Source: Gemmatimonadota bacterium
Lineage (GTDB): Bacteria; Gemmatimonadota; Gemmatimonadetes; Gemmatimonadales; GWC2-71-9
Direction: 5' to 3'
DNA length: 64,000 bases
NCBI GenBank assembly: GCA_040002895.1
Contig: JBDUDP010000005.1
Location: 3,110 to 67,109, forward strand
Below, piece after piece: positions 26,809 to 35,259 of this stretch (positions within the stretch are counted from its first letter, which is position 1; each line of letters begins with the position of its first letter). A model generated the notes under the pieces. It worked only from the letters and a program-made list of their open reading frames with translations, ran no database searches and had not been told where the DNA came from. The position numbers were made by a program, and so were the translations under genes.

Positions 26809-28001
26809 GGCGTGACTCCTAGTGCGGTGGCGTGCGCGCGCAGGGCGATGTCTTCGGTGCCCCAACGCAGCGCCTCACGCATCGCGACGCGAGCCTCGGC
26901 GTCGCGGCCGCTACGGTGGAGTGCCCAGGCGTAGAGGTCCCAGCCGTACACGTCACGCCGGGTCGTGAGCTCCGCTTCGGCCTGTGCGAGCACGGTCGGG
27001 ACTTGGTGATTGGCGTCGAGCAGCGCGAGCCGCCACTGCCGATGCCACACCGTGGGGGGGGCTGCCGCGATGGTGGTCTCGAACGCGAGCATCATCCGAT
27101 CGGCTGCGGCGTGATCGCCAAGTTGCGAATGCGCCTGACTCGCGAGCGCGAAGGCAAGTGGATCCTCACCGGCGTTCATGGCCGCTTCGGCGCGCTCCAG
27201 CGCGCGCACGGGATCGTGCATGGCGAGGGCGAGCCGCGCCTGGGCCAGCAGGATCCTGGGGTCGTCTGCGACCACGCGAGCCGCCGCGTCGAGGGAATGG
27301 GTCGCGGCATCATACGCGCCAACGGTGAGCGCCAGCTCGCCGAGTCGCAGGTCGAACCAGGCGATCTGTTCGGCTGGCGTACCCGCGCGTCGCCGGGCTT
27401 CGTCGCGGGCCTGCTCCAGCAGCGTGCGGGCATGAGCGGAGCGACCGCGCAACGAGGCCCAGCGTGCGACGCGGGCGGCCACGGCAGGATCAGCACCGGC
27501 GCGGTCGAGCGGAGCAAAGATGCTGTCGGCCTGCAGGTAGTTTCCCAGCTCGAGATCGATCTCGCCGCGTAGCGAACGCGCACCGGCCGCCGTAGGGTCG
27601 GCCGACAGCAGGGAATCGGTCGCCGCCGCCGCCTCGAGGAAGCGATGTTGCCCTACCAGTGCGATGGCGAGCGCGTGAAAGGCCTCGCTGTTGTGCTGTC
27701 GGCGGTTGGCGAGCGAGATGCGCGCCTCCCGCTCGGCCAGTACAAGGTCCGCCGGGGTCCCGCGTTCGCGGGCGCGCTGGAGGTAGAGCGCGGCGAGCTT
27801 CAGGTGATCCATCGCGCCGGTGGGGTCGCGCAGGGCGCGAGCCTGATACCACACGATGTCGGCATCATGTTGCTTCCGCTCCGCCGCCACGTCCCACTGT
27901 GGCGACGACGCGGAGCGCGTGGGACCGCGCAGGGCAACAGCGGCAGTCGCGCTGAGTGCCACCACCACCGCCACCAGGGCGGTCACACGCACGGCATTCA
28001 C
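26805..28001 (-). CDS. Exported tetratricopeptide-repeat (TPR) protein
   Basis: Signal peptide 'VRVTALVAVVVALSATAAVA', then a repeated ~34-aa helical-pair pattern (A..Y/L..A...G....A). GTG start in a GTGA overlap. Confidence 0.7.
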   Translation of the reverse strand: MNAVRVTALVAVVVALSATAAVALRGPTRSASSPQWDVAAERKQHDADIVWYQARALRDPTGAMDHLKLAALYLQRARERGTPADLVLAEREARISLANRRQHNSEAFHALAIALVGQHRFLEAAAATDSLLSADPTAAGARSLRGEIDLELGNYLQADSIFAPLDRAGADPAVAARVARWASLRGRSAHARTLLEQARDEARRRAGTPAEQIAWFDLRLGELALTVGAYDAATHSLDAAARVVADDPRILLAQARLALAMHDPVRALERAEAAMNAGEDPLAFALASQAHSQLGDHAAADRMMLAFETTIAAAPPTVWHRQWRLALLDANHQVPTVLAQAEAELTTRRDVYGWDLYAWALHRSGRDAEARVAMREALRWGTEDIALRAHATALGVTP

Positions 28002-28576
28002 GGGTTGGCCGGGGCCAGGTACGGGAAGCCGCTGATGAAGGGCGAGTCGCTGGCCACGTTGTCCGTGGTGAGGCCGGGCGACACGTTGCTCGGATCGAGC
28101 AGCGGGCCAAAGATGGCCATGAGGCCGGCATCGACGACGTCATCGGTGAGCTTGCGCCCGCCGTAGCCGTTGGCCAATGCCCAGCTGAGCCAGCCCGCAG
28201 TGGCTGGATCCTTGTCGGTCTGCACGATCAACATGTCGGGCAACAGTACGGTGGCCAGCGTGTTCTGGACGGTCGCGTTCCGCCCGGCCACCGTCGCCAC
28301 GAAGTTCACCAGCTCGGCGCGGATAGTTGCCACATCGGTTGCCGGCCCGGTGCTGCCGTGCAGCGCGTGACTGCGCTTGGCGAGGAACACCTCGCTCACC
28401 AACGGATTGCCGAGCCGCTGGACCTGGTTGTACATCCGCGGGGTGGTGTCCATGGTGGTGGTCATGGTCTCGGTGTTGTCGCTGCACGCGGCGGCCAGGA
28501 CGGCCACCAGCAACAACGGCGCAGTGCGAAGCAGGGACATCGTTGCGTTCCTGGTCGGAGTCGGAGTGGTATTCAT
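27998..28576 (-). CDS. DUF4331 C-terminal-half protein with its own lipoprotein signal
   Basis: 'LLLVAVLAAAC' lipobox. 'VQRLGNPLVSEVF', 'GYGGRKLTDDVVD' and the terminal 'FPYLAPA' match the C-terminal half of DUF4331 proteins. The ATG at 28576 forms an ATGA overlap with the upstream stop. Alternative starts lie at 28594 and 28540. Confidence 0.7.
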   Translation of the reverse strand: MNTTPTPTRNATMSLLRTAPLLLVAVLAAACSDNTETMTTTMDTTPRMYNQVQRLGNPLVSEVFLAKRSHALHGSTGPATDVATIRAELVNFVATVAGRNATVQNTLATVLLPDMLIVQTDKDPATAGWLSWALANGYGGRKLTDDVVDAGLMAIFGPLLDPSNVSPGLTTDNVASDSPFISGFPYLAPANP

Positions 28577-29295
28577 CGGGAGATGGTCCCCCACATGCCG
28601 ATCTTGGCGTTGCCGCCGGCCGTCAACATCGACGTCGGAAGCTCGATCACGATTGCGGCAAGGTTGGCACCGAGCACGGCGTCGACGGCCTGACCGGCGG
28701 GCCGGAAGGCGGAGGCCGATGCCGTCGATGGAGTTGAGAGCGGGCCGGTGCTGGGACGGCGATCCGGCAGGATGCGGAAGAACTGCTCGAGATCGATGAA
28801 GAACGGATCATCACGCACGCCGGCGAACACCTGGATGCCGCTGGAGCTGCCCAGGATGCTGTTGATGCTGCCCTTCACCACCGGATCGGCGCCGAGGACG
28901 ACATTCTGCATCGCGCCCTTCACCGTCGGGGCCAGCGGACCGCGCACCTGCACCTGCTGCGACGCGCCGGAGCCGGTGAACGTGATCTGGAACACGAGGT
29001 CTTCCATCGCATCACCGGTGTTGTCGATCTTGATCTGGTACAGCAGGTTCTTGTCGAACGAGGCCGTGGCGGTCGTCGACGGTGAGATGAACGGCTGGGA
29101 ATTCAGCACCAGCGCGATCCGACCTGCCGTCGTGGGGAAGGCATAGAAGTCGGTCATGTCCTGCTTGGGATTGAGTTCGACATCCGCCGTGTCCTGGTGG
29201 TCGGACGCCACCGCGATCTGGCGGGCCCCCATCAGGCCGGCGATGCCGATGGCCACGGCAAGGCCGAGGCGCATGGGTCGTGAAATGGTGATCAT
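28573..29295 (-). CDS. DUF4331 N-terminal-half protein (secreted)
   Basis: A signal peptide is followed by 'ASDHQDTADVELNPKQDMTDFYAF', 'LLYQIKIDNTGDAMEDL', 'FAGVRDDPFFIDL' and 'AIVIELP..IGMWGTISR', which match the N-terminal half of DUF4331. AAGGAG lies 10 nt upstream of the ATG at 29295. Confidence 0.75.
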   Translation of the reverse strand: MITISRPMRLGLAVAIGIAGLMGARQIAVASDHQDTADVELNPKQDMTDFYAFPTTAGRIALVLNSQPFISPSTTATASFDKNLLYQIKIDNTGDAMEDLVFQITFTGSGASQQVQVRGPLAPTVKGAMQNVVLGADPVVKGSINSILGSSSGIQVFAGVRDDPFFIDLEQFFRILPDRRPSTGPLSTPSTASASAFRPAGQAVDAVLGANLAAIVIELPTSMLTAGGNAKIGMWGTISR

Positions 29296-29456
29296 CCTGC
29301 TGAAGCTCCTTGAAGAAGTGGTCTCGCTGTTGCGGACGTGGGGGGTACGCGAGCAATCCCGGAACGGATCTCTGGCTGTCTTCACCGCCGGCCCAGGCTG
29401 CCACTACCCCCGAGGCCAGGGCATCGGCACCTTCCAGCACCCCAACCAGGTGCCCG

Positions 29457-30185
29457 ATGCTCAGCGATCCACTGATCCTCGCCGCGCAGGACCTTGCGGT
29501 CCGCTATCCCAAGTTTCTCCTCGGCCCCTTGTCATTCGGCATCCGCGGAGGCGAGACGGTGGCCCTTCTCGGCGCCAACGCGGCCGGGAAGACCACGCTG
29601 CTGCGCGCGGTCACCGGGCGCATCCGGGAGCGCGAAGGGCTGGTGCAGCTGTCGGGTCGGGATCCGCTGAAGGCCCCGCCAGAGTGGCGGGCCAAGGTCG
29701 GCTTCGCGGCCGAGAAGCCGATGATTGATGCCGCCTTGCGGGTGCGCGAGTGGTACGCCTTTCTTGCCGACTGTTATCCCACGTGGGACGTGGCTTATCA
29801 GCGCGACCTGTCCGCGCGGCTCGGTCTCGATGACAGCATGCGCGTGGGCGTCCTCTCCCGAGGCAGCGCCGTGAAGGCGGCCTACATCGGCGCCGAGGCG
29901 TATCGTCCAGATCTGTTGATTCTCGACGAACCGACCAACGGGCTCGATCCGGTGGTGCGTACCGAGATCCTCGCCATGCTGCGCGACTGCTTCGCTGCAG
30001 CGCCCTCTCGGGCGTTGTTCTTCTCGTCGCATCTGCTCGAGGACGTCGAGGCGCTCTGCGACCGGGCCCTCCTGCTTCGAGACGGACAGCTGGTCGGCGA
30101 GCTGTCGCGGGAGGTGCTCACCGAGGCGCGCGCCTCGGGCCGCCTCACGGCGCTGGTTACCGAGGGGTTGCGGGGCACGCCGTGA
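29457..30185 (+). CDS. ABC transporter ATP-binding protein (ABC-2/exporter type)
   Basis: Walker A 'GANAAGKTTLL', signature 'LSRGSAVKA', Walker B 'LLILDEPTNGLD'. The start is placed at Met50 of ORF 29310..30185. Confidence 0.85.
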   Translation: MLSDPLILAAQDLAVRYPKFLLGPLSFGIRGGETVALLGANAAGKTTLLRAVTGRIREREGLVQLSGRDPLKAPPEWRAKVGFAAEKPMIDAALRVREWYAFLADCYPTWDVAYQRDLSARLGLDDSMRVGVLSRGSAVKAAYIGAEAYRPDLLILDEPTNGLDPVVRTEILAMLRDCFAAAPSRALFFSSHLLEDVEALCDRALLLRDGQLVGELSREVLTEARASGRLTALVTEGLRGTP

Positions 30186-31612
30186 ACTGGCGCGGCTATC
30201 GGGCCTGCGTCCGACGCGAGGTGCGTCGCGGGCGGCGCGGAATGATGGTCTACACCCTGCTGGCCCTGATGATGCTGGTGCTGGCCTTGGTTGTCGGCGA
30301 GGAGGTGGCACCGGTGCTCGGTGCACTCTCACTCCCCATCGCGATCTTCGTCCTGTTCGGCCCATCGGCCGATCTCGCCCGCGACAAGATCCACGGACAC
30401 TTTGAATTCAATCGCACGTTGCCGATTCCGCCGCGGATGATCGCGGCCGGCTGGCTGAGTGGGACTGCGATTCGGCTGTTGCCGGTGGCGCTCATCGTGT
30501 TCATGAGTCTGTTGGCATTCCGTGGTTCGGGTGAGTTCGACACCCGCGGCGATCGCGCGGCGTTGCTGCTCTTCCCCGTGCTGGCCTATGGGACGGCGTG
30601 CGGCGTGGTGTGGGGGCTGCTGGCCGTGAGCGCCCGATGGACGGTTCGCCGATTGTGGTGGCTGCCGCTGTCGCTCTGGCTGTTGCCACAGCTGGTCGCG
30701 ACCGTGCTCCCGGCGACGATGCAGGCATCGCTGGAGGAGTGGCTCGCCCGGCTCGGACACACGCTGGTGGATTGGCTGGGGCAGCCGGATGGTCGACTCG
30801 CGCTGGGCCTGCTGCTGCTTGGCGCACTCGCCATGATCTTTCTCGCCTCCACCCTGTTGTTCGCCTCCGGGGTGGTGCGCCATCAATACGATTCCACCGG
30901 CCTCGGCGTGATCCTCGGGGAGGCTCCGAAGCGCGAGCTCGAGGCGATCGGCGCGGGCGTGGTCCTCGCCGTGGCACGGCTGCGGTTGCGACTCGCGACC
31001 GAGCAGTTTCGACGTGAACTGATCATCCTCGTGCTGTTGTTTGCCGTGGCGGCCGCTGGACCGGGCGAGACGCGAGAGTGGGCGCGTCGCTACATCCCCA
31101 TCCTGGCGGCGCTGCTGCCGGCCAGCGTCGCCTTCCAGCTGCTTGCCGCCCGCACCACCGGTCAGCTCGAGGGATTGCAACAGCTCCCGCAGTCGCGTGC
31201 CGCCATTGCGCTCGGTCACCTGGTCGCCATTGGCGTCATGGCCGTCCCAGGTGCGCTGATCATTCTGGTGACGCACGCGCTCGAAGGCCGCGCGCCCACA
31301 TTTGCTGGCGCGGTGGAGCTGTGGGGATGGTTTGTGGTGATGGCATGGGCTGCGGCGTCGGTGGGGCTCTGGTTCCGGCCTCGCTACCTGCCCTACCTCA
31401 TCGCGGGGATCATCGCACTGGTCGCCGGCGCCGTGGCCGTGCTCGGTGGGACAGGGGTGTTGCTGCGACTCGCCGGTGCCCCCGGGTCATTGGCCGCGTG
31501 GCGTGAATCGCTCGGCCTGATGCTTCCCATCATGACGCTGCTGTTGGTGGGGGCGGCGGGCGTTCCACTCTTCGCGTACGCGCTCAGCCGCTACCAGCAT
31601 CGCCCGACCTGA
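30182..31612 (+). CDS. Polytopic membrane protein, putative permease partner of the ABC ATPase
   Basis: 476 aa with about 12 hydrophobic helices. GTGA overlap with the ATPase stop. No family recognised. Confidence 0.6.
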   Translation: MNWRGYRACVRREVRRGRRGMMVYTLLALMMLVLALVVGEEVAPVLGALSLPIAIFVLFGPSADLARDKIHGHFEFNRTLPIPPRMIAAGWLSGTAIRLLPVALIVFMSLLAFRGSGEFDTRGDRAALLLFPVLAYGTACGVVWGLLAVSARWTVRRLWWLPLSLWLLPQLVATVLPATMQASLEEWLARLGHTLVDWLGQPDGRLALGLLLLGALAMIFLASTLLFASGVVRHQYDSTGLGVILGEAPKRELEAIGAGVVLAVARLRLRLATEQFRRELIILVLLFAVAAAGPGETREWARRYIPILAALLPASVAFQLLAARTTGQLEGLQQLPQSRAAIALGHLVAIGVMAVPGALIILVTHALEGRAPTFAGAVELWGWFVVMAWAAASVGLWFRPRYLPYLIAGIIALVAGAVAVLGGTGVLLRLAGAPGSLAAWRESLGLMLPIMTLLLVGAAGVPLFAYALSRYQHRPT

Positions 31613-31621
31613 GCAACGGAT

Positions 31622-32728
31622 CTACCAGTTCCAGAATCTGGTGGGGCGCACGCGTCGCGCTTCATCGGGCAGTTCATCCCCGGCCATGCCCCGCGCGATC
31701 AGCTCCCCAGTGATGCCGGCGAGCAGGATGCCGTTGCGGCCATGGCCAGTGGCGTACCAGAGTCCTGGGAGGCGTGGCTCCGGACCGATGATCGGCAGGC
31801 CATCCGGCGTGCCGGGGCGCAGGCCAGCCCAGGTCCTGCTGGGGGTGGCCGTGGCGAGGGCGGGGTAGATCTCCGCCACACGCGTGAGCAGCTCGCGAAT
31901 CCCCTCCGCTGTCACCGCCACATCGAAACCGACGTGCTCCATCGTGGCGCCCGCCAACAGTTCGTCGCCGCGCTTGAGGAGGTAGCAGTGGGGGCCGTAG
32001 ACAATCGCCGGCGGAATGGCCTCCGGCCATGGGAACGCGGCGATCTGGCCGCGCACCGGCTCCACCGACACTGGCCGCGGAAGGTGGCTGAGGCGTCCGG
32101 CCCAGGCGCCGCCCGCAATCACCACCGAGTCGGCGCGATGGCGGTCGGCGGCACCGATGACCCCCAGCAGCTTCCCGTCCTTGATGTCGAGCCCGACTGC
32201 CTCATCCGTCACGAGGCGGGCACCATGGCGCGTCGCGTCGGCCCGGAAAGCGGCGACCAATGACGACGGGTCCAGGGCACCGTCTTCGGGAGCCCAGAAC
32301 GCGCCTGCGGCCGGCGCGAGCCAGGGCCAGCCCCGCTGGACCTCTTCGGTCGAGAGCCAATCGGCGCGATATCCTTGCTGACGCTGCCACGCCACCTTCG
32401 CCTTGCCCGCATCGACCTCGGCTTCACTCCACGCCAGCTGGAGGATGCCGCTCTCCATCATGCCGATCGACCGTCCGCCGGCCTCGCCGAGGGCCCCGGC
32501 GTTGCGCCGGTAGTAGCTCCGGCCGGCCAGCGCGAGGTTGAAAAGCGGATCCTCTGGGGTGGCCTCGATTTGTGCTGCCAGCATCCCCGCCGCGGCACGC
32601 CATCCTTCGCCCGGCGTCTCGGGGCGCTGGAGCAGGGTGACGCTCCGGCCGGAGCGGGCGATTTCACGGGCACAGGCGGAACCCACGGCTCCACCGCCGA
32701 TGATGAGGACGTCAGTTCCGGAAGGCAT
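31622..32728 (-). CDS. FAD-dependent oxidoreductase, glycine oxidase (ThiO)/DAO-like
   Basis: 'DVLIIGGGAVGSACAREIARSG' dinucleotide fold, DAO-family length, and a C-terminal 'GHGRNGILLA' motif. Confidence 0.8.
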   Translation of the reverse strand: MPSGTDVLIIGGGAVGSACAREIARSGRSVTLLQRPETPGEGWRAAAGMLAAQIEATPEDPLFNLALAGRSYYRRNAGALGEAGGRSIGMMESGILQLAWSEAEVDAGKAKVAWQRQQGYRADWLSTEEVQRGWPWLAPAAGAFWAPEDGALDPSSLVAAFRADATRHGARLVTDEAVGLDIKDGKLLGVIGAADRHRADSVVIAGGAWAGRLSHLPRPVSVEPVRGQIAAFPWPEAIPPAIVYGPHCYLLKRGDELLAGATMEHVGFDVAVTAEGIRELLTRVAEIYPALATATPSRTWAGLRPGTPDGLPIIGPEPRLPGLWYATGHGRNGILLAGITGELIARGMAGDELPDEARRVRPTRFWNW

Positions 32729-32821
32729 ATGGTTCGGGTTGAAACCTCAAACAGCTGGGGGACGTATCATATATCAGTGCCCGGCGCAGGGCGGGGCCAA
32801 TCCCAGGACGGGAGTCTAACA

Positions 32822-33043
32822 ATGGTACGCAATATCGGTGGTTTCGCGGTTTTCGCCTTCCTCGCGATGCTCGCCTTCAAGGTGCTCGGTGGGCTCTTCG
32901 GGGCAGTGTTCGCGTTGGTCGGAACAATCCTCTGGTTCGCGTTCCTCGGATTCGTGTTCTACACGATCCTGAAGATCTTTTCGCCTGGTACTGCCGAGAA
33001 GGTGCGGGACACGATTCGCGGGAATCCCAGCCCAAGCGCCTGA
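32822..33043 (+). CDS. Small membrane protein (73 aa, 2 TM)
   Basis: An in-frame ATG lies inside ORF 32375..33043. The product 'MVRNIGGFAVFAFLAMLAFKVLGGLFGAVFALVGTILWFAFLGFVFYTILKIF' has two clear helices. The upstream part of the ORF is antisense to thiO. Confidence 0.45.
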   Translation: MVRNIGGFAVFAFLAMLAFKVLGGLFGAVFALVGTILWFAFLGFVFYTILKIFSPGTAEKVRDTIRGNPSPSA

Positions 33044-33059
33044 CGCGAGTTGGGTGTGG

Positions 33060-33563
33060 TCAGAATCGGCCGGTGAACCGCGAGGAATCGGGGTGCACCG
33101 GCCGAGTCACTTCGGCGGGTGGTGTGGATGAGTGCAGGTGGAGCACCCGCCATCCGCCGGCTCGCGACTGACCGATGATGAAGGTGGCACGCCCTTCACT
33201 GGCGGGTTCGCCGACGGTGTTGGGAAGCCAGCGATACTCCACCGACCCGAAGACAAACCCTCCGGTCACGGTGATCCGACTCGAGCCAAGCTGCACTCTG
33301 CCTTCAAGCCCGATGCCCGCGATGCGCGGTGCATCGGCGCGCGGCTCCCCGTTGGCGATGATCTCCGCGTCCTCGACGTAGAGCGAATCGGGTTCCTGCA
33401 GCGCGGCGTCGGCGGCAAAGGCGCGACTGATCAGGCTGCCGGCGATCGAGTCCGCCGTGAACGCGGCAAGCGTCACCGTGGCCATCGGCGCGGGCAGGGG
33501 GCCGCTGTTGCGCGCGCCGCAGCCCGCGAGGCCGAGCAGGGCGAGCGCGGCCGCGACTCTCAC
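33060..33563 (-). CDS. Lipoprotein with NTF2-like (DUF4440/SnoaL-like) fold
   Basis: Lipobox 'LALLGLAGC'. The C-terminus 'RATFIIGQSRAGGWRVLHLHSS' is typical of DUF4440-type NTF2 folds. GTGA overlap with the upstream gene. Confidence 0.55.
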   Translation of the reverse strand: MRVAAALALLGLAGCGARNSGPLPAPMATVTLAAFTADSIAGSLISRAFAADAALQEPDSLYVEDAEIIANGEPRADAPRIAGIGLEGRVQLGSSRITVTGGFVFGSVEYRWLPNTVGEPASEGRATFIIGQSRAGGWRVLHLHSSTPPAEVTRPVHPDSSRFTGRF

Positions 33564-34519
33564 GGCGGACCATCCAACGCGTCGAGAATGCCCCAGACCA
33601 GCAGCGGAATCATGATCTCATGGTGTCCGGTGATTGCGATGCCGATCCCGTGCCCGCGCGTCGGACGCTGCACCACGTTCATCCGCGGACGATAGTGGCG
33701 AATCATGTCGAAATCGGCGGCAAGGAAACCGGTGGGCCGACCCTCGCCGAGGTTGCGGGCGATGGTGAGCGCCTTGAGGAAGACCTCGGGCATCACGACG
33801 GCGCTGCCGAGGTTGAGCACCGCGCCGCCATCGTGCAGGTCGGGGAGCGACCCGGCGAGTCGGCGGAAGTCGCGCAGTGCGGTCGCGCCCAAGGCGGCGC
33901 CGTCGATGGCGGGATGCTGGTGGATGATCTCGGCGCCCATGGTCGGATGCACGGTAAACGGTACCTCAAGGCGGCGACACGTCAACAGCAGCGACGCGTC
34001 TGCTCCCGTGAGGTGCCCGCGCCCAGCCAGCGCGTCCGCGAGTCCCTCGCCCAGACCGTGTCCCGCTCCAGCTGCCGCCGTGATCGCCTGGTTCATCTCG
34101 CGACCGGTCTCTTCCACCATCCCAAAGGTGCCATCGGCGAGACCGGCCTCGACGTCCTCGCTCGTGCCGCCGAACGCCGCGAGCTCGAAGTCGTGGATCG
34201 CGGCCGCCCCGTTCATGGCGACGTGCGTCACCACGCCGCGCTCGAGCAGGCGCCCCAACAGCGGTCCGAGGCCGGTCTTGATGACATGGCCGCCGAGCAG
34301 CAGGGTGACGCCACGCTGCTGGCGGGCGGCCCGCGCCACATGACTGACGACGGTGCGGAGGTCGCGGGCGGCCAGCAGGTCGGGGAGGGAGGCGAGAAAG
34401 GCGCGGAACGATTGGTCCGCGCCTGGGGGAACGGCGAGCAGCGACGGGTCCACCTTGTTCTGCCGTCCGGCGAACGGCACGGTGCGAAGTCGGGAGAAAT
34501 CCGCTTCGCGCCAGTTCAT
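33560..34519 (-). CDS. Conserved hypothetical protein, possibly deoxyhypusine-synthase-like fold
   Basis: 'LLLGGHVIKTGLGPLLGRLLERGVVTHVAMNGAAAIHDFE' and the later 'AVLNLGSAVVMPEVF' are arranged like the two nucleotide-binding segments of DHS-like proteins. This is a weak by-eye call. ATGA overlaps at both ends. Confidence 0.5.
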   Translation of the reverse strand: MNWREADFSRLRTVPFAGRQNKVDPSLLAVPPGADQSFRAFLASLPDLLAARDLRTVVSHVARAARQQRGVTLLLGGHVIKTGLGPLLGRLLERGVVTHVAMNGAAAIHDFELAAFGGTSEDVEAGLADGTFGMVEETGREMNQAITAAAGAGHGLGEGLADALAGRGHLTGADASLLLTCRRLEVPFTVHPTMGAEIIHQHPAIDGAALGATALRDFRRLAGSLPDLHDGGAVLNLGSAVVMPEVFLKALTIARNLGEGRPTGFLAADFDMIRHYRPRMNVVQRPTRGHGIGIAITGHHEIMIPLLVWGILDALDGPP

Positions 34520-35259
34520 CCGGCGCCGTTGGGCAGCGTCACGCTCCGGAGCACGAGCGCCACCGTGCCGAAGTTATAGGTGGTCTCGATGCGCACCGGA
34601 ATGCGTCGGGCATCGTCGGTGAGCCAGAGTCGCGCGTCGGAGGTCTTGGAGAACATGCCGTTCGGCTCGTCAACGACCGGATGCAGCACGAGGCACTTCA
34701 CCTTGGTGCCGTCGGGCATCTCCATCTCTTCGCGCTTGAGTACCTCGACCGTCACCGGATTCTTCTCACTGCGGAAGTAGCGGTCGTACTTGTAGACGCG
34801 TTTCACCACCAGCGGTGTGGTGCGCATGAAGTAGATGAACGCCACATCATCGAGCGGTGCGCGCGAGGTGGGCTTGGGCGCATCGGCGTTGCGCCGGAAG
34901 AAGCCGGAGTCAGGGTAGATGAGGAAATCCTCGTTCCGCACCTTGCCATTCTCCTCCAGCCGCTTGGTGAAGCGGCGCGACACGAAGTCCTCGATCCCGG
35001 TCCACGAGGTGATGGTGGTGGAGTTCTCGAACTTGAAGAGGCCCGCATTGACCCGGATGCCCGAGGTGAGCGCAAACTTCCAGCTCGGCGCGCCCCGAAT
35101 GGTCTCGCTCGGCAGCACGCTCAGGGTGGCCGAGCCGGCATTGAGGAAACCGAACTTCCCGCGGTACTCGAGCACCTCGCCCACGGCGAATGGCACGGCG
35201 GTCATCGTCGCGGGGGGCGTGGAGATCACCTGCATCATCAGTGCGAGGCCCAGCATCAT
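34516..35259 (-). CDS. DUF3108 domain protein (exported)
   Basis: An N-terminal hydrophobic segment, then 'FAVGEVLEYRGKFGFLNAGSATLSV' and a beta-rich remainder typical of DUF3108. Confidence 0.6.
   Translation of the reverse strand: MMLGLALMMQVISTPPATMTAVPFAVGEVLEYRGKFGFLNAGSATLSVLPSETIRGAPSWKFALTSGIRVNAGLFKFENSTTITSWTGIEDFVSRRFTKRLEENGKVRNEDFLIYPDSGFFRRNADAPKPTSRAPLDDVAFIYFMRTTPLVVKRVYKYDRYFRSEKNPVTVEVLKREEMEMPDGTKVKCLVLHPVVDEPNGMFSKTSDARLWLTDDARRIPVRIETTYNFGTVALVLRSVTLPNGAG

Noticed and set aside
27054-27061. G8 homopolymer (also G7 at 48693-48699 and 52375-52381) as phase-variation slippage tracts
   Set aside because: Each tract corresponds to consecutive Pro/Gly codons in GC-rich coding sequence. 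They are short, and there is no evidence of alternative frames producing functional products. They are worth checking only if population sequence data exist.
27998-29295. Split DUF4331 as a frameshifted pseudogene
   Set aside because: The second half begins with a complete lipoprotein signal peptide and uses the ATGA overlap typical of functional junctions in this window. Both halves retain intact conserved motifs. A sequencing error is still listed as a refutation test.
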